Positions 53,601 to 64,000 of a DNA stretch of 64,000 nucleotides are shown piece after piece (position 1 is the first letter of the stretch; every line of letters starts with the position of its first letter). The DNA comes from Octopus sinensis (taxonomy: Eukaryota), in the NCBI RefSeq assembly GCF_006345805.1, contig NC_043014.1, positions 53,010,001 through 53,074,000 on the forward strand, read 5' to 3'. The position numbers were made by a program, and so were the translations under genes. The notes beneath the pieces are model-generated. The model was not told the DNA's origin and made no database searches. It saw only the letters and a program-made list of their open reading frames with translations.

Positions 53601-54311
53601 CAGAGTCAAGTTTATACCCCTCCCCTCAAATGTAGTCTGGTTCTTTGTGTTTTTTGGCTTTGAATGCCAGAAGAATGAAAAGCCAAGTTGACTTCAGTGG
53701 GATTCAAGGGTTTAAAAAAAAAAGAAAGAAAAAGGACCATTCAAGAGATTAATAAAATCAATGTCCTCCCACCCCTCCAAAACGTGGGTATGACCCTTGC
53801 CAGACCCCTGTTTCTGCTCTTCAACCGAGGAAGGATACAGTTTCTAGCGTCCTAGGCAAAGTAACTTGACTTTAAGGACCAGATTTCATTTTCCCATCAT
53901 GCAGTGGGCAGAAGTCCCAACCAAACAAGGACATCTGCCAGTCAGGCATTCGAAAGACAGCAAAAGAGGGACCAGGCTTACAAAAGAAAAAAAGAGAAAA
54001 TGGGGCCAATTTGTTTGGTTAAGTCCGTTTCAAGGCACTGCTCCAGCATGGCTGTAATCCAATGACTGAAACAAGTGAAAGAGTAAAAGAAAACCATTCA
54101 TTTCCCTCCCCCCCCCACCTCCCCACAGCCATTCCACTTTTCAGACCCTTAAAAAGATAAAAGAGAAAAAAAGGGGGGTGGGTTAATTTTTACCAGTTTT
54201 CGTCGGAAGAGCAGTCTTCTCCTGAACGTCGATGTGTTGCAGGTCGTCCTTCTTGGTGGTTTTGATTTCATCCAAGAATGGTCGGGGAGCAGTAGTGGTG
54301 GTGGTGGTCAT
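44798..54311 (-). CDS. Multi-repeat beta-thymosin (four beta-thymosin/WH2 repeats; ciboulot/tetrathymosin/Csp24-like), spliced CDS, 162 aa
   Basis: Manual splice on the minus strand: join(54311..54194, 51374..51261, 46738..46625, 46026..45913, 44826..44798) = 118+114+114+114+29 = 489 nt. All introns are GT-AG and the frame is open to TAA. Protein: MTTTTTTAPRPFLDEIKTTKKDDLQHIDVQEKTALPTKT DIVKEKSEQELRSSIGSFDKAKLNPTETQEKISLPDKT EIDQEKTEQKLRSNINDFDKNQLKHAEVEEKNPLPDKD TIKQEKTEQELKNSINKFDKTELKCTKTCEKTVLPTKA DIAQEKGSA. It matches the beta-thymosin pattern FDKxxLKxTETxEKNPLPxKExIxQEK four times. Confidence 0.93.
45913..46026 (-). CDS. Beta-thymosin repeat gene, coding exon 4 (114 nt, phase 1-1)
   Basis: Acceptor tttttctttag|, donor |gtgagt. 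Encodes (T)IKQEKTEQELKNSINKFDKTELKCTKTCEKTVLPTKA. Confidence 0.94.
46625..46738 (-). CDS. Beta-thymosin repeat gene, coding exon 3 (114 nt, phase 1-1)
   Basis: Acceptor tttttttctttacatttag|, donor |gtaagt. Encodes (E)IDQEKTEQKLRSNINDFDKNQLKHAEVEEKNPLPDKD. Confidence 0.95.
48040..48560 (+). mobile_element. Possible old hAT/BED-type transposase relic in thymosin intron 2
   Basis: Broken frames FVDKA, NVFEWL, NHPFMNLVEK and QEIPKEFVF resemble the W.....n.Pf..vE ... eLP..F region of hAT transposases. Recognised from memory of motifs only. Confidence 0.3.
50628..50786. repeat. (GT)n/(GTGTTT)n microsatellite in thymosin intron 2
   Basis: Direct reading. Other large simple repeats: (GA)n 6813-6879, (TA)n 7276-7390, 22016-22109 and 22555-22650, (CT)n 24535-24658, (TACA)(TA)n 27370-27496, (ATT)n 29892-29941, (CTA)n 39147-39190, (GT)n 61272-61430. 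Confidence 0.95.
51261..51374 (-). CDS. Beta-thymosin repeat gene, coding exon 2 (114 nt, phase 1-1)
   Basis: Acceptor gtcttttttccttag|, donor |gttggt. Encodes (D)IVKEKSEQELRSSIGSFDKAKLNPTETQEKISLPDKT. Confidence 0.92.
54194..54311 (-). CDS. Beta-thymosin repeat gene, first coding exon (ATG at 54311; repeat 1)
   Basis: Acceptor tttatatttgaag| (exon starts 54328), 17 nt of 5' UTR, then ATG. Encodes MTTTTTTAPRPFLDEIKTTKKDDLQHIDVQEKTALPTKT+g; donor |gtaaaa. An upstream non-coding exon is implied but was not located. Confidence 0.88.
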
Positions 54312-55349
54312 CTTGGAATTTAAAAGGCCTTCAAATATAAAAAGACATTAATTACCAAAGTTCATTAGTTAATACGATTATCGTTTGTTACTCATTTAAA
54401 TATCTTCCAGCTGCATGGGACTTGTGGCTGCAAGCATCATGGGAAAAAGAAGGGAATTGTTTATTTAGAAAAAAGAAATTAGTAAAAATAAAAAGATTGT
54501 TTAGAAGAGAGGAAATGAGAAAAGCAGAGCTAAAAGAAAAAACAAAAAAAGGGAATCATTTGGAAAAGAAGAATTTTTAATTAATGATGAAGAGGAGGAC
54601 AGTGTTATCAAATGCAGATGGACAGGAGCAAAATTATACTTGGCAAGATTACTGCCGCCAATACCTTTTCCAACAAGTAAGGTGTGGTTGAAGGGAATTT
54701 TAGCTGCTATTTCTAATATGCTGTGGGCATATGGCGTGGTGGTTAAGAGTGCAGGCTACTAACCCCAAGATTTCGAGTTCAATTCCAAAAACTGTTGGAA
54801 TGTATTTGTGTTGAGAAAGATTAAGAGGAATCTTAGGTATCATCAGTGTTTTACATCCACTTTACCCTGCTGGCATGGGTTGGAAGTTTTACAAAACACT
54901 TCAGTCAAATTCCCAACCTCCCACCAACACTCAGCTTCCTCTTCCAGGAATGCAACGTATTTGGAATCTGACACAACTGGAACAAACAAATGAAATATTT
55001 CATCCAAAAGAATTTAAACCAAATTTTTTTCTTTTTTTTACCTTGTTTAAAAAGCTGAATTTTCAAGTCACCTGACCTGCTAAAAATTAGCCAAAATCTC
55101 CCTCAAACCGTTTCCAATAACAATAAAAAGCAAATGGATGCATTGAATAAGGTAATTAAGGAAATATTGTGAGGAAATAACATAGGATTGTCATGGTTGG
55201 AATGATTTAATCATAAGTCCTTACAAAGTTAAAAGTAGGTCAGCTTCACCAGAAATGATCAACTAAATTTCCTATCAAGCGGGACACCTTCAACTACCAC
55301 ACAAACACACCTCTTCCTCTGCAAATGCACAAATATATGAAGAGGTGCC

Positions 55350-55830
55350 TCATCAGCATCATCGTCGTCATCATTGTTTAACGTCTGCTTTCCATGCTGG
55401 CATGGGTTGGACGGTTTGACTGAGGAGTGGCGAGCCAGATGGCTGCACCAGGCTCCAATCAGATCTGGCAGAGTTTCTACAGCTAGATGCCCTTCCTAAT
55501 GCCAACCACTCCGAGAGTGTAGTGGGTGCTTTTATGTGCCACCGACACGAGGCCCAGCCAAGCGGTACTGGCAATGGCCATGCTCAAATGGTGTTTTTTA
55601 AGTGCCACCTGCACAGGAGCCAGTCCAGTGACATTGGCAACGACCTTGCTCGAATGTTGTTTTTCATGTGCCACCAGCACAAGTGCCAGTAAGGCAGGTA
55701 ATGATTGCACTCGAATGGTGCTTTTTGCATGCCACCGGCATGGGAGCCAGTCAGCAGCCCTGGCAACAATCACGCTCAGATGGTGCTCTTAACGTTCCAC
55801 CAGCACAGATGCCAGTCAGGCGGTGCTGTC
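55350..55830 (-). mobile_element. RTE LINE 3' tail only (no ORF), carrying the tandem array of about 63 bp units
   Basis: Colinear with 7400-7850 (catcatc...tttaacgtctgctttccatgctggcatggg..., then gccagtca...gtgccacc(g/a)gcac units). Confidence 0.85.
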
Positions 55831-56559
55831 ATCAGCCACAACTTAAGATAAACATTTCATATTGCCAAGAATTTCCAATAAAAAAAAATAAATCTAAAAC
55901 CTCAGCCACCATCACAGATTGTTAAGCTTTCTTAAAAGATAGAATTGTTTAGAATTACGTGGAAGGAAAAGAAATTTCATATACAGATTTACAAGATTAT
56001 CTCTGTAAGAATATTTATTTGGTTGGCACCAAATTTCATTTTCAAACTTAACAAAGAGTTCTTTCTTGTCTGACAGCATCAAAATAGACAACGACTGCAA
56101 CATGATACCCTAACCCTCCTCAAAGAATTTCTTTTTAAATAGTTTTTCACACCCACACATTTTCTCTCAGAATTTTTGCATCTGTTTTTTCAAGACTGTA
56201 TAGTGAAAGGTATGGCTGTGTGGTCAAGAAGTTTGCTTCCCAACAATGTGGTCTTGGGTTCAATTCTACTGCACAGCACCTAGGCAAGTGTCTTCTATAG
56301 CCCCAAACTACCAAATCCACTTGTGAGTGGATTTTGGTAGATGGAAACTGGCAGAATCCTGTACTCTCATCCAGACATCCCAGAAATGGTGTCAATAAGC
56401 ACCATTCATACTTACAAGTGATGTTTGTCAACAAACATTCCATGAAAAACATGTCTGTCCATGGGGAAACAAGCAAAACAGGTGAAGAATGGGAACAGGA
56501 AGGACACCTGGCCTTAACTTGCTCCAGCTGAGCCACATGGTCATTAAATGATGATCTAT

Positions 56560-57060
56560 CGCTAGTACAAGTCCTCTTCAACAGCTTTTCAGCATTTATC
56601 CCATTTTTTTGTAAGGTTTTAGCATCCCAAGACCAGCTTTTACCATTTTGATCTCTTCTTTGGTCTTCCCCATCTACTTGAATCCCCTGCTATTTTCTTA
56701 CCCAACTTTCAGCATCCACAACCAACAAACTACCCCCCTTCAACACATCCAGATCTTCTTCTCCCAAACTCAGAAGCACTTCACATACAAATCTTGCTGA
56801 ACACCACCACAGCTTCATTTATTTTCTCTTTGTTCATATCCTTCAGGATTCACTGGTTAATGCCTGATGATCAGATGAGACCAGGCTTCACACACAAGCA
56901 TCATAAAACTGTTTTTCCATGCAGATCAAACCCTCTGTTACCCTCAAAGCCAAAAAGCTCCCTCTACTTTCTCAAGCTTCTTATTCAGACTATATGATCC
57001 CTTCAGAGCACTCTTCCATCTTGTATATCATCATCACCTTTTAACTTCCATCTTCCTAGC
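56560..57060 (-). mobile_element. Old RTE LINE remnant
   Basis: The minus strand contains ttttatgatgcttgtgtgtgaagc (LYDACV-like) and ggggaagaccaaagaag (GRPK-like) in the RTE order. Confidence 0.45.
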
Positions 57061-58254
57061 TAATATGCATTGGACAATCAGAGAGGATCCAATGGCCCCA
57101 AGGACTGCATCAGACTCCATTTGTCTGGATGAGAATCTGATGTAGACAGGGCTGCACCAACAACCAATAGGTACTCTTTAGCTGAGCAGATTCTGGAGTA
57201 ACATAAAATGAAAAGCCTTGCTCAATGATGCAATGGGATACTCAGTCCAGAAATTAACTTAATGATTTATAAACTGAACGCAATCACGGTGATGTGTTGA
57301 GAGAGAGATAAGAGTACAAGGAAGCTGTCTTCATTTTATTCTGTTAATCTAACATTCCACTATATCCGTGTGCATTTGTCAACAAAACTCAGTCTATGAG
57401 AAGATCCTGTTTTAAACATCAAAATATACTTTAGTAACTGAATTTCAAGGAGAGAGAGAGAGAGATTATTTAAATACAGTTTACAGAGACTGGATTTTCC
57501 TTTAAGGCTTATTTGTTTCCACTCTTTGAAAACATTTCAGGACCACATTAATTGCGAAACTCTTGTGATTACCTTCAATGAGTCAGGCCTACAAGAGCCT
57601 TGCTCAATCTACTAGAAATAGCAACCAAACCTCTCTCAGATCACACTATATTCTTTAAAAATATGTATTGTACATTGGAGAATGTAACTGTAGATAAAAG
57701 GACTCAATAATCACAACTGGAATATCATTTTCTAGGGGTCAACTAGATTAGAGCTGATCTGGAACTAAAGTGTTCTGGTATTTTTCTTTTTTAATTCATC
57801 AGAAAATAAAATAGAATACAACTGGTCTGTTTACCATTATTAAAGCTGCTGAGAGATCCACATTGGTGCTGGAAATGGCAACCAAATTTCATCTCAGATC
57901 TCATTATTATGGGGAAAAAAACCCAGCTTGAATACACTGGATGTCATCTCTAATATTAAAAACAGGATGGTCACAAATGGACTGCCTTTGATCATAAGTC
58001 TAAGTCCAGCCTGAACAAACACCACCACCACCACTACCACTGCTAATCTTCAAAAATATTTCATCCAAAGTCAGTCAATGCTTAAAATTCTGATGGAAAC
58101 CATTTTCTCTAACCCCTCCCCCCACCCCCGACCTTTAAAAACAATTATATTTGAGATTTCTGTTTTGTCCTAAATATTAACTGAGGTCACTTAACATATT
58201 TAATCTATGACTCATTAAATATGTTAACTCAGACAAATAGCGAAGGGGGGTGTC

Positions 58255-58292
<38 letters not shown>

Positions 58293-59158
58293 TACTTTCT
58301 ACTGTAGGCACAAGGCCCGAAATTTTGGGGGAGGGGGCCAGTCAATTAGATTGACCCCGGTATGCAACTGGTACTTTATCAACCTCGAAAGGATGAAAGG
58401 CAAAGTTGACAACAGAAGATGAAGTACTGCTAAGTATTTTGCCTTGCATGCTAACGTTTCTGCCAGCTTGCCGCCTTTATTTATATATATATATATCGTT
58501 GTCTAGGGAGGGTCATTATGCTAATAAATAAACACACACACACGTTGGTTCAATACCATTTCTTTATTTTACAGACTGATGGTTTGTTTGATGTGCTGAT
58601 TGAACAATTAATCAGTCGCTAATTTTCTGTCAGTCCTTTTGTTGCAAATTCAAAACCTCATCAATGATCTGCCCTCATAAACTAACTATTTCACACACAC
58701 ACACATTTTTGCAAATTCACTTAGAATTTACTTAAATATACAAGACTAAAAGAAATTTAGAGGTGCCATTTGCATGATCCTGATGTGGAAATAATTCCTT
58801 AGAGTGTAGATCGAAACTGAATTCAATATTTTGAGTACAAATTACTCTGGAATCAGCTTCTCTCCAAATGAACTTCAGGTCAGTTGCCAATGAGAAATTA
58901 GGGACCAAATAATGATGAAGGGCAGAATTCCTGGCACAAGGGATAAAATAGCTTGCAGTAGTTCATCACATCAGCAGTTCAAATCCACCCCCCAAGGTAC
59001 ACAGTGTCAGTTTAAACTTGTTAGTCATCATATTTCTGTTGAAATATGGAGTCTTCTTTAGAAAATAATGAACTCATTATTAAGTGATAAGAGCACCACT
59101 TGAAAGTCAGAGTAACCTCAATAGAATTCATTTTGTGATAAGCAGACTAAGATCTTAC

Positions 59159-59815
59159 ATCTTTTCTGTTTAGCTGCACCTGTAGAAATTTTCAAGTTTT
59201 GTGAAAATTTTTTAATTTGGTGGATTAATGTAATTTTCCATGCTGAATCTCAAGTAATAATTCACTTTTTCTAGAAAGTTTTTTAAAAAAGTTACAAACG
59301 GTTTAAATTTTGATCATTTTTACAGAGTCAGAAAACAGGATTTGAAAGCTTATTTTATGCGGGACTTCATATTGTCAAATGAAAAATTGGTGGAATTCTG
59401 CTTCAACACGCATAACCACTTGGAACTCTTATTTTTTGGAATTTTCAAAACAATTTTTGTAAATTTGTAGTCTACACACGGGAATTCATACAATTATGCA
59501 AAAAAAAGTTCCAATTGATTTTAGTATGTCTCATGACCACCTCATGATCCATATTTTAAGCATTTAATAAGCAAAAAATGACCATGTGGATAAGCAGCTT
59601 GGTGATAACAGCGTGGCTTCTTAGAGGCTTTCAAATGGCTAAAATTACCCAAAATTTGCAAACTTTAAAAGTTATTAACCCTTTATTTATTGATTTATGG
59701 TGAAAATGAATTTGTGTCAATGATTATCATACAAAACTACACCAATACACCAAATATGAAATCAACTGGAACAAAATTTGAAGAAATTGAAAAGTGGCAG
59801 CCGAACAGAAAAGAT
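59159..59815. mobile_element. Non-autonomous DNA transposon of about 650 bp with 22-bp TIRs
   Basis: atcttttctgtttagctgcacc (59159-59180) matches the reverse complement of gtggcagccgaacagaaaagat (59794-59815), with an AT-rich non-coding interior. No TSD was identified. Confidence 0.55.
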
Positions 59816-60022
59816 CCCAAAAGTTAATTTGAGGCTCCATCATCTCCCACTAACACCTGGAAAGGGCCAGGGGCACTGTCCCACCATACCCACATCATTT
59901 AACAGATAAGAAAAAAATACATTCAATAAGTTCACTCTACAAATGCAGGTTTCAGGTTGTGTGTGGCAAGTTGACCAATGACTTGAGTGAATTTGGTAGA
60001 TGGAAACTGTGTGGAAGCCAGT

Positions 60023-60056
<34 letters not shown>

Positions 60057-60396
60057 ACCCTCACCGTCACTTGACAGCCAGTGTTGGTTTGTTTACATTA
60101 CTATAACTTAGTGGTTCAGCAAAAGAGATTGATAGAATAAGTAATAAGTAAAAAGTACTGGTATTGACTAAACACTTCAAGAGGGGGTGCTCCAGCATGG
60201 TCGCAATCCAATGACTGAAACAAGTAAAAGATTAAAAATCCAGGGAAAGAACAGCATGATAGAAAAAGAAAAAAAAAAGGAGTGGTTTAATGAGAGGAGG
60301 GGGAAGTGGTGGTGAGAGATTGTTATTTAAGGATGGGCAAAACAATAACAAAAGTCTCTCTCCTCTTCCTCCCACTTCCTCAGTGAATGTAAGTGC

Positions 60397-60612
<216 letters not shown>

Positions 60613-60902
60613 GAACCAACCAACTTCACTAGAAACTTCTATTTTCCACACAGGATGTTGTGTGTTGGGTGGGAGTGGATTTAAGCTGATAGAATTGAGA
60701 TAAGGAGAGAAAGAGAGAAAAGTTAATGGAGCAGTGGTGGTGGCCACAGGAGGGGGGGGGCGGAGAGGGGGGGGGAAGAGTTAAAGTTTTTTTTAAAATC
60801 TACTTTTATAATCAGAAGAATCTTTGTGTTGGTTTACATCTCTCCTTTGGCAATGAAGGCCATGGATGGAGGGGGGGAGACATGCTTTGCCTCCGGCTTC
60901 AG

Positions 60903-60942
<40 letters not shown>

Positions 60943-61287
60943 TTACTTGTTTCATTAGACTGTGGCCAAGCTGGAGCACTACCTTGAGGAATCTTCAGTC
61001 GAATGAATCAAACCCGACAAACCTTATTTTTTAAACGTGGGACTTGTTCACTTTCGCCAAATCTTTAAGTTATGGGGGGGAGGTCAACATCAGTTGTCGA
61101 GCAATGGTAGAGGACACAGATACACACACACACAGTAGGCTTCTTTCAGTTTCCATCAACCAAATCCACTTGTAAGGTCTTGGTTGACCTGAGGTTATAG
61201 TAGTAGATTCTTGCTCAAGATGCCAGGCAGTGGGACTGAACCCGGAGCCATGTGGTTGAGAAGCAAGCTTGTTACCACACAGCTACA

Positions 61288-61408
<121 letters not shown>

Positions 61409-62001
61409 TATGTATGTGTGTGTGTGTGTATCTAAGTATATGAACAGAGGCAGTAATTGTTTGAATTTTGTGAGCTGTGTTGAAATATTCTCATCATATT
61501 CCCAAAATATCACATTAACTTTGATCCACTGAGTGGGCCCCATGGACACGTGTCTTCTGCTACAGCCTCACCAGTGACTTTGGAGTGAATTTGGCAAAAG
61601 GAGATTGTGTGGAAGCCTGAAACTGTGTGTGTGAATATATTCTTTTACTCGTTTCAATCCTCTGACGGCGACCATTGAAGAGTTTTAGTCGAAATTGAAA
61701 AATTTTTTAAGCTCAATACTTATTCTATTGGTCTCTTTTTGCTGAACTGCTAAGTTACAGGGACATATACCAACACTGGTTTGTCAAGCAGTGATGGGAT
61801 GGCAAACACAAAGGCACACACACACATGTATGTATGTACACCACAGGTTTCTTTCAGTTTCCATTTACCAAATCCACTCACAAGGCTTTGGTTGGCCCAA
61901 GGCTAAAGTTGCCTAAGGTGCCACACAGTGGGACTGAACCTGGAAGTATGTGGTTGGGGAGCAAGATTCTTACCACACAGCCACTACTGCATCTCTCTCT
62001 C

Positions 62002-62045
<44 letters not shown>

Positions 62046-64000
62046 ATGTGGCTGTGTGTGCGTTGTCCCCACCACTGCTGGGCAACCAGTGTTGGTTTGC
62101 TTACATCCTTATAACTTAGCAGTTTCACAAAGAAGAACAACAGACTAAGTACGAAACTTAAGTCCTGGGGTTGAGTTGACTCAACCCTTGAAGGCATTGC
62201 TCCAGTATGACCGCAATCCAATGATGACTGAAACAACTAAACGATTATTCTCAAAACCATGTGGTATGTTTCACGAGAAACATGGTAAAGGATGGATTTG
62301 GGTGAAAGAAGGAGTGTAGCACACACACACACACACCCGTCCCTTGAAGGGTGTGGTCCGCATCAGAAATTTCGTTTGCCAGAAACGGCAGAAAGTCGAG
62401 TAGAAGCCTTTGAGGTGTTCAGTTACATCTTAAAGTTCAAATTTCACTCAACAAAGGGAGTTAATCCATTTCGCTGAGATGGATTAACTCTTTGCATCAC
62501 AGACGTGGGGGGGGGCAGCGTATTCACAGACGGGTTCGTTACCCACACTTTCTACTTTAAAGGGATCCCAATAAAAACCCTTCATTATCTCTTCCAAATA
62601 TCATCTTAATGATAAATTTATTTCACCAATTTTTTCTTTATTTTTGAAATTAACGAAAGCACAGGCCACACAATTCAGTTGTATTCACCAAAGTAGCGGT
62701 CGAAGGGCTGGACAGCGATCGGCCCCAACGTCCAACACCACAATGTCCCCTTTTACTAGAAACTTAAACCCAATGGCTCAGTTATGAGGACAGAAACTGA
62801 CCGTGGTGGTCAAGCAGGCTGGCAACCGATCTGATCTCACACACACACAATGTTGCTTCAGCCAATTATTAATAAAAACACCCAGAAGACATTTCTTTTA
62901 TGTTTTTCTTTGTTTGCCTCACCATGCGTGTGTGGAGAGAGAGAGAGAGAGACACACACACAGACAGGCATAGAAACACACCTGACAGGCTTCCAGTTTC
63001 TTTCTATTTACCAAATTCACTCCCAAGGGATTGGTTTCACCCAGGGTCCATACATTAGAACACACTTGCCCAAAGAGCTGTGCAGGACTGAACCCAAAAC
63101 CAGATTATTGCAAAGCAAACTTCTTAACCACACACCCACACAATTATTTGAATTTCTGGGGGTTTTTTTAAAGACATGTCTGAAAAGAGTGTTTTCTCTG
63201 GGCCCCTTCCATCTCCTGATATTAGCAAAACACCTCCCAACACCACTGCTACTATGACTAGAGAAACTGGTTCTGTCAGCAAAACCAAAACATTTTGAGA
63301 GTGAAATCTGGTTTTTGTTTGAATATGTATTTTTGACATCCACCTCCGTAAAAAACAATCCACCCTCACAATAATTAACTAACTGTAGAAAAACCAACTA
63401 CTTGGGGGGGGGGGGGGAGTGCATTAATAAAACACTTTACACAAACCAAATAAGAAACATGACTCAATAAGTTTAGTCTCGATGTGGCTACTTAGAGCTA
63501 GAAACAGCAGCCAAACCTCTCAAATCACACCAACTATCTAAAATTCCAAGCAGGACACACTGTACTCTCGTATAGAGCCACTAAAAACAAGAGGGTCTTC
63601 AATGATACACATCTCTGCTTGATCAACACCAACTTGAGGTCCCTTAAAAATAGGCAGGGCACAACAATGGCAAAAAATAATGCCTCTGAGATTAAGTTTC
63701 CTCTGTCAGGTTCCAACTATATTTCCAGCCTGAGAGTTCTTGAGACTCATTCTTTCACAGACGTCCCCCCCACACACCCACCCTCAATTCTTTTGATTTC
63801 ACAAAGTAGCATAATCCAAAGGACCACACCCTAACCTTTGGCTCCATTTTATTCATCAAGAGACTCTCTACAGGCTGCCTCAGCCTGCTAGAAATAGCAG
63901 GTTATCACTTCTGATCAGCCTCACACTGCTTCTACAAACCTCTTTGTTTAATGTGATCTAAACTTAAATCTTCCATCAAAATTTCATTCCAAGTTATGAT

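Noticed and set aside
54722-54790. tRNA-like sequence with A and B boxes
   Set aside because: No acceptor-stem 3' half; consistent with a SINE head, as at about 3390 and 6123.

Overview
AT-rich, microsatellite-dense animal genomic DNA. The repeat content (RTE LINEs with long 3' tails, several tRNA-derived SINE families, TA/TATG/TCTA arrays) suggests a coleoid cephalopod, probably an octopus; this is an inference. One host gene can be reconstructed by hand, and the ORF track missed it. It is a minus-strand multi-repeat beta-thymosin (ciboulot/tetrathymosin-like actin-binding protein) with five coding exons: 54311-54194, 51374-51261, 46738-46625, 46026-45913 and 44826-44798. The CDS is 489 nt (162 aa, four beta-thymosin/WH2 repeats), and the three internal exons are each 114 nt and phase 1-1. 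The rest is transposon-derived or simple repeat: RTE LINE pieces, CR1/L2-group LINE remnants, a near full-length rosa-like (DD41D) Tc1/mariner with TIRs, mariner and hAT relics, several MITEs and many SINEs. There is a 100-N gap at 35720-35819. Most long ORFs in the track are microsatellite translations or LINE fragments.
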